The notes beneath the pieces were generated by a model. That model saw nothing but the letters and a program-made list of their open reading frames with translations. It was not told the DNA's origin and searched no databases. Source: an uncultured bacterium (lineage in GTDB: Bacteria; Babelota; Babeliae; Babelales; Vermiphilaceae). From it: DNA of 64,000 nucleotides. The position numbers and the translations under genes are program-made. Numbering within the stretch: position 1 is the stretch's first letter; each line of letters begins with the position of its first letter. Shown here piece by piece: positions 9,945 to 19,974 of this stretch. The stretch spans positions 768,001-832,000 of the forward strand of contig OY969699.1 of the NCBI GenBank assembly GCA_963702025.1, written 5' to 3'.

Positions 9945-10018
9945 AGAGGGTTATAATAGAACGCTTTTGGTCTGGCATGATAAAAACCAGTAACCACCCT
10001 TCATAAAAGCGCTCTCTG
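9945..10018 (-). promoter_or_regulatory. Structured rpsB 5' leader (candidate S2 autoregulatory RNA)
   Basis: AGAGCGCTTTT/AAAAGCGTTCT outer stem with inner CTGG/CCAG hairpin, lying between the promoter and the RBS. Confidence 0.6.
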
Positions 10019-10039
10019 TTTATGTTATTATTAGGCTTA

Positions 10040-10067
10040 ATTCTATCAAATTAAAGGGGGAAAGCAA
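10040..10067 (-). promoter_or_regulatory. Sigma70-like promoter for rpsB
   Basis: TTGCTT-N16-TAGAAT. Confidence 0.55.
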
Positions 10068-10083
10068 TAAAAAATACGCTCAA

Positions 10084-11475
10084 TTATTCCTTTTGGGCCC
10101 CGATTACTTCATTACTTGCCAATGCTTTTTCAAATCGCTTACCTAAAAGGAGGGCGGCTACAAACCATATGCCGATAATACCGGCAAAAAAGAAGGAATA
10201 GGCAAGAAAGACAAGATTTGACCCTAAATACTCGGCAAAAACATTAAAACTCGAGCCCCCGGTTTTTGCAAATTTGGTGCCAAAAGCATCTATCCACGAT
10301 TTTGATTTAAACTTTATCTCTTTGACTGTTGGTATATATAAACTCTCTCGCACTGGATAACTAAATCCATAATTAATTGCTCTCATTACCATAAATACTG
10401 CAATAAGATTAGCATAACCAAGCATAAACATAAGAAGGAGCAACCCGGTGCACACAGGAATTAAGATTAGGCATGTCCGCTCACCCAGCTTGCGCAATAG
10501 GGTTTTGGTGCCTAAGAGCGATATAAGAAAACCAATCATATGGGTAAAGAATATAATTTTAAAGAAATATGCACTGAATTCCGCCATAGAAGTAGAATTC
10601 GCTTGGGCAATTCCTATACGTTGATAGCTTAAAACGGTGTTAATCATTTCATAGAAAAAAACCATGCAGAAAATACCCAAAATATAAGGGTATTTAATAA
10701 ACATAGAGAGTCCGGCAAAAAGACCAGTCTTTTCTTCACCCGCTTTGCGCCGCTCTTTTTCTATGCGATATGCGGCTTCATACCCATGTAAATAACGTCC
10801 GGAAACATTTTTTATGAGCAAACGAATAAATATGGGAACCGCCAGCACCATAATTGCTGAAAAAGAAAGCAGTAATTGGTGGCGGGCAATATCTGAATTA
10901 ACATACTGCGCAAGCGGATTGGAGTGACTCAAAATCATCCATGCAAGACCAGCGCTCACCATGCCGCCAAGTTTTGAACCCGAAACCATCAGTCCATAAT
11001 TTTTCTTTGCTTCAGTTGGATCTGTTACCGAGTTGGCAAATGCCCAGAAGACACTCACCATGAAGGGCGAATAACCCTCAACAAAAACATAAAAAAACCA
11101 ACCAAAAAGCCGATAAAGACTCGCATCAGTATTTGGTAATCCGATGGTAGGGTGATTGATTAAAACAGCAAAAACGAGTCCCATCACCCCGTAAAAAATA
11201 CTGTATACGTACAACAGTTGATAACGGCGCAGCCTATCTACTAATAAAGAATAGAATAAAATCGCTGGTACCAGTAAGGCCATAGATAAAAACTTGGCAT
11301 AGGGAACATAACCCTTACCCACCACGGCAACAAAGATCGAATCTTTTAACTCTTTAATTATGGTGTAAGAGGCGATTACAAAAAAGAACGTTACTGACAA
11401 CAGCAAAAGTTTTAAACGCTCATGTGGCTCAACGTTAAACAATGATTTAAAGAGATTAGCAACCCTTAACCCCAT
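10084..11475 (-). CDS. NTT/AAA-family nucleotide (ATP/ADP) transporter
   Basis: About 12 TM; KELKDS, SVFWAFAN, RESLYIP, KFKSKSWID motifs. Confidence 0.9.
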   Translation of the reverse strand: MGLRVANLFKSLFNVEPHERLKLLLLSVTFFFVIASYTIIKELKDSIFVAVVGKGYVPYAKFLSMALLVPAILFYSLLVDRLRRYQLLYVYSIFYGVMGLVFAVLINHPTIGLPNTDASLYRLFGWFFYVFVEGYSPFMVSVFWAFANSVTDPTEAKKNYGLMVSGSKLGGMVSAGLAWMILSHSNPLAQYVNSDIARHQLLLSFSAIMVLAVPIFIRLLIKNVSGRYLHGYEAAYRIEKERRKAGEEKTGLFAGLSMFIKYPYILGIFCMVFFYEMINTVLSYQRIGIAQANSTSMAEFSAYFFKIIFFTHMIGFLISLLGTKTLLRKLGERTCLILIPVCTGLLLLMFMLGYANLIAVFMVMRAINYGFSYPVRESLYIPTVKEIKFKSKSWIDAFGTKFAKTGGSSFNVFAEYLGSNLVFLAYSFFFAGIIGIWFVAALLLGKRFEKALASNEVIGAQKE

Positions 11476-11566
11476 GTAAATTTCCCCTTCCAGACGGCTT
11501 TAACCGCAACCAGACAGCTCTTTCATTTTTTAACCAACGCTTCTTGTCCACATCCCCTCTTTAAGC

Positions 11567-11600
11567 AAAGAGCCCTCTTCATATTGAAAAGGGCTCTTTT
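11567..11600. terminator. Intrinsic terminator-like hairpin between the two NTT genes
   Basis: AAAGAGCCCT..AGGGCTCTTT stem with T/A tails. Confidence 0.7.
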
Positions 11601-11624
11601 AATTATCTTACCATTGAGGCAGTC

Positions 11625-13001
11625 CTAACAAACCAATTTGTCTTGTTCAACTGCTTTTTCATAGGTCTTACCAAGGTAGAGAGCCACAATAAGCCACGCT
11701 GCAATCAATCCAAATGATAAATATGAGGAGAATGCAATAAAGGCGGTCATACCTTCTGCAAGTCCTAACCTCTGTGTAAAACTACCTTGAAGCATATTAA
11801 TGCCTGATCCGGTAGCTTTTGATCCGCGAGAACCGAATGTTTCAATCCAAGCCTGTGATTTATATTTCACGTCATGGCTGGTTGGCACGTATAATGTTTT
11901 TTGTGCTGGGCTATTTAAGGCATAGTTAAATGCTTTTGCAATTACCATGATCCAGAATAGAACGTGCACCACCGGATATGCTTTAAAGCTAAGAACCATC
12001 GCCAACACGATAAATGGCATCAATACGAGCGACACTTTAATACCCAAACGGCGTTGGATATTACTAATACCGAACAACAAACACAAGAATGAGACCACGT
12101 TTACCATCACTGCATAATCACCCAAATATTTGGTTGCCGCAGTTCCTGTATATTGACTCATAACTAAAAACTTAAAGTTGTAGTCGATAATAGTAACAAT
12201 AATTTCATAAATACCAATGATGGCAAAGATACCTAGCAAGTATGGTTGCTTAACCAAGAGTACCAAGCCTTCTAAAAATCCTGGCTCAACCTCTTTTGCA
12301 GCACCTTTTTCACGGCTATGATAGCCACCCATTTCACTCTTTGGCGTTGTTCTCATAAAAAGATACACCCCGAGCATCATGAGTCCAATTAAAAGACCGC
12401 AAATAAATACCGTTGGAACGTCCGTCCCAAATACTTTTTCACCCAATGGCGTCAAGAACTTAGGCCCGATAATGGCGCCAAGCTGACCCAACATAACCAC
12501 CAAAGGAAATCCTTTTTTTGCCGAATTAGGACTTACCAGATCAGCTGCAAAGGCCCAAAAAAGGGCAACAACGATGGAGCCATAGCTTTCAACAAAAACA
12601 TACCACAACCAACCAAGAATACGGCTTGAATCAACAGCAGTATTAGCGAGGCCAATTGTTGGGTTATAAAAAAGGAGACCAAAGATAACAACCCCTACAA
12701 TGTATGCGGTCCCTATTACATAAAACAGGCGCTCGCGAGAGAATTTATCAACGAGCTTGCTGTACAGTATAACCAAGGGGAACAGAATAATAAGAGAAAC
12801 TATTTTAGCGCGCGGCTGGTTAGTAACACCGACAATTGAGCTAAAAAGAGAATCTTTGAGCGGCCGCAAAGTCCAATAGACTCCTATGACTAAGGCAAAA
12901 ATGCCGCCGAGTTTTAGAAATTTTTTAAGCTCTTCTTTTTGAAAATCGCCAAACCATGCTTTTAAAAAAGAAGTAATGGGATTGGAAGCTTTCGCTTGCA
13001 T
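11625..13001 (-). CDS. NTT/AAA-family nucleotide (ATP/ADP) transporter
   Basis: LRPLKDS, LFWAFAA, KTLYVP, KYKSQAWIE motifs; start at MQAKAS after an AAGGG RBS. Confidence 0.9.
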   Translation of the reverse strand: MQAKASNPITSFLKAWFGDFQKEELKKFLKLGGIFALVIGVYWTLRPLKDSLFSSIVGVTNQPRAKIVSLIILFPLVILYSKLVDKFSRERLFYVIGTAYIVGVVIFGLLFYNPTIGLANTAVDSSRILGWLWYVFVESYGSIVVALFWAFAADLVSPNSAKKGFPLVVMLGQLGAIIGPKFLTPLGEKVFGTDVPTVFICGLLIGLMMLGVYLFMRTTPKSEMGGYHSREKGAAKEVEPGFLEGLVLLVKQPYLLGIFAIIGIYEIIVTIIDYNFKFLVMSQYTGTAATKYLGDYAVMVNVVSFLCLLFGISNIQRRLGIKVSLVLMPFIVLAMVLSFKAYPVVHVLFWIMVIAKAFNYALNSPAQKTLYVPTSHDVKYKSQAWIETFGSRGSKATGSGINMLQGSFTQRLGLAEGMTAFIAFSSYLSFGLIAAWLIVALYLGKTYEKAVEQDKLVC

Positions 13002-13247
13002 AATGGGTAACCCTTTAACACGAAGAAATAACAATAATACGACGACGAACAACATTACTAGATATAACAAAAGATTAATAATTTGTAAAAACAAATAAAT
13101 AATTCGATAATCCCTGTCATACGAAAAAGAAGCAGGGACAACTATTTCATTATCTGCTATTTTCAATTTGCAAATTTAAATTTTCGAAACTCGAATCTCG
13201 TTGCACAGAACTTTCTACCTCTGTTGAATTGTGAAATTAGATTTACA

Positions 13248-13393
13248 CATCCTGAGTAGAAATCGAAGATTTCGTATCGAAGGATATCAGAATATGGTTC
13301 GAGCCTACTCCGCCGTAGTCCTATGCATAGCATATTTTGCTTATACGAAGGAGGCTACGAAGGCCGGATACGCCCTTCAGGCTACTCACCATG
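13248..13393. repeat. Inverted pair of type A repeats, the second with a nested type B insert
   Basis: CATCCTGAGTAGAAATCGAAGATTTCGTATCGAAGGAT, then TGGTTCGA[insert]TACG..TACTCACCATG. Confidence 0.75.
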
Positions 13394-13574
13394 TGTGATA
13401 AATAACCTTTTAAAGCAGATTATGCATTTCACAATTGGACTCTACTGCCGCTCATTCTAAAGACACTCTTTTTGTTTTGTGATATACTCTGAGAAAAGTA
13501 AATTTCTTTGCTCAAAAAGCAATCTCTATTGCCTATTTTGCAAACTATTGAGCAAACTCTAAAAGGTATAAAAG

Positions 13575-15986
13575 ATGGAAAATATAGTAGAAACGGTTCG
13601 TGAAGAAAAGAGCATGCAACTTGCTCTTCTTCCGCTCAAAAATGTTGTCATTCTTCCCAAAAGTATTATTCCCATTATTGTGGGTCGCCAAAGCTCGATT
13701 GAAGCGGTTGAATTTGCATTAAAAAATAACCAATCTCTCTTTATTACTGCCCAAAAAAATTCTAAGGTAGAAGCCCCTACTGAACATGATGTCTTTGAAA
13801 AAGGTACTCGTTCAGCAATCTTACAAGTAATGAGAATGCCCAATGGTTCTTTAAAATTACTTGCTGAAGGAATTTGCCGAGCAAAAATGACTAAAACTGA
13901 CACGAGCCTCGGATTTATGACCGTGGAATGTCATGATCTACCTACTACCAGCAATGAGATGACCACTGAACTTGAGGCATTATGGCGCCAACTGAAAACG
14001 TTGTATACCGAATATGCAAAGCTCAATGATAAAATTCCTGCAGATTTGACCGCCAATGTTAAAACTGCCGATGAAATGGATCATATTACTGATACTATTG
14101 CCGTTCAAATTAAAAATGTATCTTTTGAAGATCGCCAGGCATTATTAGAAACGCCTGATTTAAAACAACGCATGTTTTCGCTCTGTTCCTTAATTAATAA
14201 AGAGATAGAGATCCTTGAAACTGAGCAACGAATTCGAGGGCGGATTCAAACACAGGTGGAAAAAAGCCAAAAAGAATACTATTTAACAGAACAGATTAAA
14301 GCGATTCAAAAAGAGCTGGGCAGAGAAGATCAGGCGGTAGAAATTGCGGCAATTCGCACCAAGGCAAAAACGCTCGGGCTCTCCGCTGAAGCCCAAGAAA
14401 AAATTGATAAAGAGCTCAAGAGGCTGGAACAAATGCCACCGCTTTCATCTGAAGCAGTGGTAAGCAGAAATTACGTTGATTGGATAATCTCATTGCCATG
14501 GCAAAAAATGAGCAAAGATACTATTAGTTTGCCACAAGCGGAGAAGATCCTTAATAAACGGCATGCCGGATTGATCAAAGCTAAAGAGCGGATCATTGAG
14601 TTTTTAGCAGCAAAGAAATTCTCTAAAAATATGAGCCGTGCTCCCATTATCTGCTTAGTGGGTCCGCCGGGAGTTGGAAAGACTTCTCTGGCTTCTTCCA
14701 TTGCCGACAGTTTAAATCGTGAATTTGTGCGCATTTCATTGGGCGGCATCAAAGATGAAGCAGAAATCCGAGGACACCGCAGAACCTATATCGGTGCATT
14801 ACCCGGCAAAATTATTCAGGCCATGAAAAAGGCAAAAACAATTAACCCGGTAATTCTTCTGGATGAGATTGATAAAATGAGCCGCGATTTGCATGGTGAT
14901 CCTGCATCCGCACTTCTTGAAGTGCTTGACCCGGAACAAAATAAAACATTTGTGGACCACTTCTTAGATATGGAATACGATCTTTCAAAAGTTATGTTTA
15001 TAACAACCGCAAACACGCTGGATGGCATCCCGTATCCGCTTTTTGACCGCATGGAAGTAATTGCATTATCCGGGTATACTGAGCCTGAAAAAATTGCCAT
15101 TGCCAGCCAATTTCTTATCCCAAAGAACCTGGAAGAATACGGCCTCAATGCACAACAGTTCCATTTAAACAATGAACTGCTGCAAATGATAATCAGCCAA
15201 TATACTAAAGAGGCCGGCGTCCGACAGCTTGAACGAACTATTGCAAAGCTCATGCGCAAAGCAATTCAGCTTCTGTTAAAAGATAAATCTGTTACTTCAA
15301 TAACAGTCACTGAGCCATTGATTAAAGAATGGCTGGGCAATCCACGATATAAAAAGACCAGTTTAACGCTGCATAAAGATAAAATTGGCCTTGTTACCGG
15401 TCTTGCCTGGACAGAAATGGGTGGCGACGTGATGGAAATTGAAACAAGTATATTACCCGGAAAAGGTGGCTTGACACTCACGGGCCAATTAGGCGATGTG
15501 ATGCAAGAATCTGCCCAAGCAGCACTGAGCTATATCCGTTCTCGCGCTCGCCAATTAGGGCTTAAAGAATCCTTTTATTCAAGCAAAGATATTCATATTC
15601 ATATACCTGAAGGAGCGACCCCCAAAGATGGACCGTCTGCAGGTATTGGCCTATGCACCTCACTCGTTTCCGCGCTTACCAAAACCCCTATTTTGCCCGA
15701 CATTGCAATGACCGGTGAAATAACCCTACAAGGACGCGTGCTTGCCGTGGGCGGATTAAAAGAAAAGCTTTTAGCCGCAAAACAGCATGACATGAAAAAG
15801 GTTATTGTACCGCAAGAAAATGCTGATGAAATTCAGGAAATATGCAAAGAGATCGATCTGAAAGATTTAAATCTGGTCTATGCGAATACCATGGATGATG
15901 TTTTGGCCGCAGCATTTGCCAAATCACCGCTATTAAAAGGCAAAGTTGAAAAACCCGTGGTAAAAAAATCTTCAAAAAAGAAATAA
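13575..15986 (+). CDS. lon: ATP-dependent protease La
   Basis: LON N-domain, GPPGVGKT, DEIDK, PKDGPSAG catalytic Ser, GGLKEK. Confidence 0.98.
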   Translation: MENIVETVREEKSMQLALLPLKNVVILPKSIIPIIVGRQSSIEAVEFALKNNQSLFITAQKNSKVEAPTEHDVFEKGTRSAILQVMRMPNGSLKLLAEGICRAKMTKTDTSLGFMTVECHDLPTTSNEMTTELEALWRQLKTLYTEYAKLNDKIPADLTANVKTADEMDHITDTIAVQIKNVSFEDRQALLETPDLKQRMFSLCSLINKEIEILETEQRIRGRIQTQVEKSQKEYYLTEQIKAIQKELGREDQAVEIAAIRTKAKTLGLSAEAQEKIDKELKRLEQMPPLSSEAVVSRNYVDWIISLPWQKMSKDTISLPQAEKILNKRHAGLIKAKERIIEFLAAKKFSKNMSRAPIICLVGPPGVGKTSLASSIADSLNREFVRISLGGIKDEAEIRGHRRTYIGALPGKIIQAMKKAKTINPVILLDEIDKMSRDLHGDPASALLEVLDPEQNKTFVDHFLDMEYDLSKVMFITTANTLDGIPYPLFDRMEVIALSGYTEPEKIAIASQFLIPKNLEEYGLNAQQFHLNNELLQMIISQYTKEAGVRQLERTIAKLMRKAIQLLLKDKSVTSITVTEPLIKEWLGNPRYKKTSLTLHKDKIGLVTGLAWTEMGGDVMEIETSILPGKGGLTLTGQLGDVMQESAQAALSYIRSRARQLGLKESFYSSKDIHIHIPEGATPKDGPSAGIGLCTSLVSALTKTPILPDIAMTGEITLQGRVLAVGGLKEKLLAAKQHDMKKVIVPQENADEIQEICKEIDLKDLNLVYANTMDDVLAAAFAKSPLLKGKVEKPVVKKSSKKK

Positions 15987-16084
15987 CAGTCTTACGACCA
16001 CCTATCTGCAAAGATATCTTTCTGCTTTTAAACTTTAATTTTGCTCGTATCCAGAAAAGCGACTTGAACCCTTATTGTTAACCC

Positions 16085-16244
16085 TCCGTTCGTGCTGAGC
16101 CTGTCGAAGCATTTTTATATTTATAAAATTTTTTCTACATAACAAGTTGGTTTCACCTCCAACATCATGCATTTAAACATGCTTCGACCCAGCCTTCGCT
16201 AAAGCTACGGCGGACAGGCTGGGCGTTTACTCCTGACGAACGGA
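16085..16244. repeat. Inverted pair of type A repeats with nested type B/C modules
   Basis: TCCGTTCGTGCTGAGCCTGTCGAAGCA ... TGCTTCGAC[CCTTCGCTAAAGCTACGGCGGACAGG..GCGTTTACTCC]..ACGAACGGA. Confidence 0.8.
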
Positions 16245-16434
16245 TTACGTAACACTTACTACCCCTTTAGCATAATTTAGGATATCCTTGGCCCTCTCCA
16301 CGATAAAAAAACCTTTACTACGCCTTTATTTCCATTTATTTAATACTATTTGAATAAACCATTGCAATCCAAAGATCAGTTATTTTACTTTGGTATTAGT
16401 AATGTTTCCAAATCTTATTATTAAAGGAGAAGGT

Positions 16435-16905
16435 ATGAAAACCTTCAGAATAGCTCAGCTGTTAGCTGTAGCTACATTATTCGTAGTTGGGTCGGCACTT
16501 GCTACGAATTGCTGCGAACCTAAACAATGTGAAAGAACCTGTTCAACATGCCCGGCAGTTAAAATCCCCGGTGAAGAAGTTGAATATCAAAAGATTGTCA
16601 AAGAAAGTTGTGGCAATCCCGGTTCGGTTAAATACTTTGTTACCAAAGAGTATGTTCCTTGCTCGATGGAAGATAAAGAGCGCGTTCAATGCCTGCGTGG
16701 CTGCCCTAAATATTTAGGTACCTTTGATGAAGATACCGGCGCCCCACTTGACGAAATTGCAGCTCGTAATTGTAATCAATCCACTAATAACCAACAAGCA
16801 GCACCACGAGCAAAAAGAACACGTACAAGAAGAGCGGCTATTGTTAATAACAACACCGCCAATGATGCAGCCGCAGTAGCTAATGACACCATGATGATAA
16901 AGTAA
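16435..16905 (+). CDS. Cys-rich exported protein, paralog 1 (low-complexity basic/Asn-rich tail)
   Basis: AAAGGAGAAGG RBS, signal peptide, 10 Cys, core shared with the two downstream paralogs. Confidence 0.9.
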   Translation: MKTFRIAQLLAVATLFVVGSALATNCCEPKQCERTCSTCPAVKIPGEEVEYQKIVKESCGNPGSVKYFVTKEYVPCSMEDKERVQCLRGCPKYLGTFDEDTGAPLDEIAARNCNQSTNNQQAAPRAKRTRTRRAAIVNNNTANDAAAVANDTMMIK

Positions 16906-16928
16906 ATTAGCATATTCGATAAATCACC

Positions 16929-16970
16929 AAGGGCCAGAGTTCGGTTCCGGATTCTGGCCCTTTCTATTTT
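16929..16970 (+). terminator. Intrinsic terminator
   Basis: AAGGGCCAGAGT..ATTCTGGCCCTT followed by a T-rich tail. Confidence 0.75.
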
Positions 16971-17245
16971 TAATGCGCTTGGAAAACCGAACGGGCTCGC
17001 TAATCACCCCAAACTCTCATGATTAATGCATTAAGCCATATTTTTCAGTCCACTTAGTAATGTAAAACTTTAAAAATCTTATCAAAATTAACCGCACAAC
17101 ATTAATTTTCGATTAAAAAAAATTTGAAAAAAGATTTTATCTACGCCTTTTTTTCTATTTGTATTTAATAATGTTGAATATTAATTAAATTATTTCATAT
17201 ATTGATATTAGTATTATTATTAACCCTTTACTTAAAGGAGAAGGC

Positions 17246-17581
17246 ATGAAGACCTTCAAAATAGCTCAGCTGTTAGCTGTAGTTGCATTATTCGTTGTTG
17301 GTTCAGCTTTCGCTAAGAATTGCTGCAAACCAGAAAGCTGTCAAAGAACCTGTTCAACTTGCCCAGTAGTTAAAATCCCTACTGAAGAAGTTGAATATCA
17401 AAAGATTATCAAGGAAAGCTGTGGTAATCCCGGTTCAGTTAAATACTTCGTGCGTAAAGAATATGTTCCTTGCTCAATGGAAGATAAAGAACATGTTCAA
17501 ACGCTCAAAGGTTGTCCTAAATACTTAGGTACCTTTGATGAAAACGGCCAATGCATCGATGGCAAGAATAATGGCATCTAA
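17246..17581 (+). CDS. Cys-rich exported protein, paralog 2
   Basis: Same RBS and signal peptide; 9 Cys; TCSTCP..SCGNPGSVKYFV..GCPKYLGTFDE core. Confidence 0.9.
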   Translation: MKTFKIAQLLAVVALFVVGSAFAKNCCKPESCQRTCSTCPVVKIPTEEVEYQKIIKESCGNPGSVKYFVRKEYVPCSMEDKEHVQTLKGCPKYLGTFDENGQCIDGKNNGI

Positions 17582-17604
17582 GCTACACATCTAATTCATA
17601 ATAA

Positions 17605-17642
17605 AGGGGCTCTCAAGGTTTCTTGAGGGCCCCTCTCTCTTT
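17605..17642 (+). terminator. Intrinsic terminator
   Basis: AGGGGCTCTCAAG..CTTGAGGGCCCCT stem with pyrimidine tail. Confidence 0.7.
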
Positions 17643-17884
17643 ATAAGGTAAGAAAAGCAGCATCACTTTAAGAATTAATGTTGTATTTAAAGGCTTTTCT
17701 GCTCAAAAATCCCCACAATTTCAAATAAAAAGCAATCATGTAGAATCAAAAAAAGCCTTTATCTAAAGCATTTTTTAGCATTTAATTCAATTAGAATACA
17801 AAAAACCTTGAAAGTCCGCCACTTTTTTAGCTATGATGTTAGTAGTAAGTATTTCTTATTAACCCTTTAACTAAAGGAGAAGGC

Positions 17885-18232
17885 ATGAAGACCTTCAAAA
17901 TAGCTCAGCTTGTTGCTGTAGTTGCATTATTCGTTGTTGTTGGTTCAGCATCTGCATTTGGTAGATGTTGCAACAAATCTCGTTGTGAGAAAACCTATGA
18001 GCAAAGTTGTGTGAGAACCTGCTCAACTTGCCCAACAGTTAAGATCCCAACCGAGGAAGTTGAATACCAACGGATTATCAAAGAAAGTTGTGGTAATCCC
18101 GGTTCCGTTAAATACTTTGTGCGCAAAGAATATATTCCTTGCACATTGGAAGAAAAGGAACATGTTCAATGTCTCAAAGGTTGCCCTAAATACTTAGGTA
18201 CCTTTGATGAAGACGGTAACCGCATCGGCTAA
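17885..18232 (+). CDS. Cys-rich exported protein, paralog 3
   Basis: Same RBS, signal peptide and core; 10 Cys. Confidence 0.9.
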   Translation: MKTFKIAQLVAVVALFVVVGSASAFGRCCNKSRCEKTYEQSCVRTCSTCPTVKIPTEEVEYQRIIKESCGNPGSVKYFVRKEYIPCTLEEKEHVQCLKGCPKYLGTFDEDGNRIG

Positions 18233-18274
18233 TTGCTTTTACGCACTAGTTGATACACGTTTACATTAAATAGC

Positions 18275-18302
18275 GAAGAGACTTAAGCGCTTAAGTCTCT
18301 TC
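18275..18302. terminator. Hairpin between convergent genes (probable bidirectional terminator)
   Basis: Perfect palindrome GAAGAGACTTAAGCGCTTAAGTCTCTTC. Confidence 0.7.
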
Positions 18303-18330
18303 ACTCTATTAAAAAATATATTTATTTTAT

Positions 18331-19248
18331 TTAAGAAGTTATAAGATTTTTCTCTGCTTTCATATACTGCACAAGATTATCCACTGCCGCATAACGCTGT
18401 TTGCAACTCGGGTGCGTCTTACTTTCAACAGCATCATCATACCGCTTCATATGCTCTTGGAACCCTTCCATCAACGCTCTGGCAGTCGCAATATCATGGA
18501 TGGATGCCATTAAATCTGCCCGATATTCCATATGTTTATTCAATGCCCTAAAGGCATCATTTGACCAAAATTCTTTTGCTGATATTCCATGTTCAGCTAA
18601 CAGCTTCTCAATAATATCACAGATCAACGGGTCATAATTGCATAAATGCATAATTTCATGTCGCAAAAGCGCTTCTTGGATGGCAGGGGTCTGATTTGGC
18701 AATTGCGCCAGATTTAATCGTAAATAGTGCTCTACCTTACCATTAAAAACACATTGACCGGCAAAGGCATAACTTGCATTATTAGGATCATTAATAACTT
18801 CAAAATTAATTACTTCAGGATTGATATTATAGGATGCCAATAATTCGCGCGACTTTTGAAGTGCAGGAACATCTTCCTTTGCACCCTGCTTAGCTGCTTT
18901 GGGCCTGTCTAAAAACAACTTATCGCTCGTTTTGAGCCTATTAAATTCCGCAAGGGCCTCATTCCAGGCCTGAGGAGTAAGAGGAAAGGCCTGCTTGAGC
19001 CTTTCAAGGATGATATCAAACTCAATATCTAGCTGTTCTTTGAGTTCTTGTGCCAAATTTGACCCCTGAGCGTTGATTTCCTGAACATAACTGGTTACAG
19101 AATCCTCAGTTTCAATGCTGTCAAAAAGAGCCAATTTTGGCTGTTTTTGACCTAAAAACAGCTGATGAGCAAAAGGATAGGATACTAATACCCCTAAACC
19201 TGCTACTACCAGTAAGATCTTCTTATCAAAAATTCCATTAATTATCAT
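18331..19248 (-). CDS. M48-like zinc metallopeptidase, membrane-anchored or exported
   Basis: HEIMH (HExxH), EYRAD and THP..R motifs; N-terminal hydrophobic helix; GGAGG RBS. Confidence 0.75.
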   Translation of the reverse strand: MIINGIFDKKILLVVAGLGVLVSYPFAHQLFLGQKQPKLALFDSIETEDSVTSYVQEINAQGSNLAQELKEQLDIEFDIILERLKQAFPLTPQAWNEALAEFNRLKTSDKLFLDRPKAAKQGAKEDVPALQKSRELLASYNINPEVINFEVINDPNNASYAFAGQCVFNGKVEHYLRLNLAQLPNQTPAIQEALLRHEIMHLCNYDPLICDIIEKLLAEHGISAKEFWSNDAFRALNKHMEYRADLMASIHDIATARALMEGFQEHMKRYDDAVESKTHPSCKQRYAAVDNLVQYMKAEKNLITS

Positions 19249-19291
19249 TTAAATTACCTCCATTTTTCATTTATATTCTATTCTATTTGTA

Positions 19292-19319
19292 ATTATAGCA
19301 AGCGGAGAAATATTGTCAA
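19292..19319 (-). promoter_or_regulatory. Consensus sigma70 promoter for the M48 gene
   Basis: TTGACA-N16-TATAAT with extended TG. Confidence 0.8.
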
Positions 19320-19452
19320 ATAAGGCTTTTTTTGGTGTTTTTAAGCCTTTAAGATAACAATGGGGGGGGTAAAATAATCATTTGTAAGTCTTTCAACCTA
19401 AAGTTATACTATTCCAGGCTTGTCAGAACCACCCAATGAAGGAACATGAAAC

Positions 19453-19911
19453 ATGCAAAATAAAAACATGAATATATTTAAGGAACATTGGCCCCTTTGC
19501 AAACGAGAGCTCCCGGCACTCATATTTCTGTGCATTGTTCAAACAGTATTGAATTTTAACTTTCCTTTGTACATGAGACTTGTTAGCCCCCTAAATATTG
19601 TTGTAGCTGCCACGGTAAGTATTGCGTGCATGTTGATGTGCTTTTATATTTTCTCATCTCCAGAAAAATATACTCCTCTATTTGAGGTAGAGTTTCTTGA
19701 AGATTTTCCCAATCCTGCTTTTTTTAAGAATATTTTTAGATCGGGGATGCTGGTGATATATCATGCAACATTTTTTTATATGTGGTACTTCGATTATCAT
19801 CATGTTTCTAATATGTGGTATGCGATCTGGTATGCGCATATGATTACTTTCTTTATTCTGTTACATAGAGCAGCTGAAAGATATAAAAATACACAATCTC
19901 ATTTTTTCTAA
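19453..19911 (+). CDS. Hypothetical membrane protein (about 4 TM)
   Basis: AAGGA RBS and hydrophobic helices. Confidence 0.6.
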   Translation: MQNKNMNIFKEHWPLCKRELPALIFLCIVQTVLNFNFPLYMRLVSPLNIVVAATVSIACMLMCFYIFSSPEKYTPLFEVEFLEDFPNPAFFKNIFRSGMLVIYHATFFYMWYFDYHHVSNMWYAIWYAHMITFFILLHRAAERYKNTQSHFF

Positions 19912-19974
19912 TTTCTTGCACAAAACACCCTTCTCCTTTTAGAATAAGTAAAAATGTTTTTACCGGAGAAATAG

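Noticed and set aside
13002..13166. N-terminal extension of the NTT ORF in the track
   Set aside because: ATG 13001 has an RBS and matches the paralog's length. Similar over-extended starts were trimmed for hpf, sod, dksA, gyrB and mpg.
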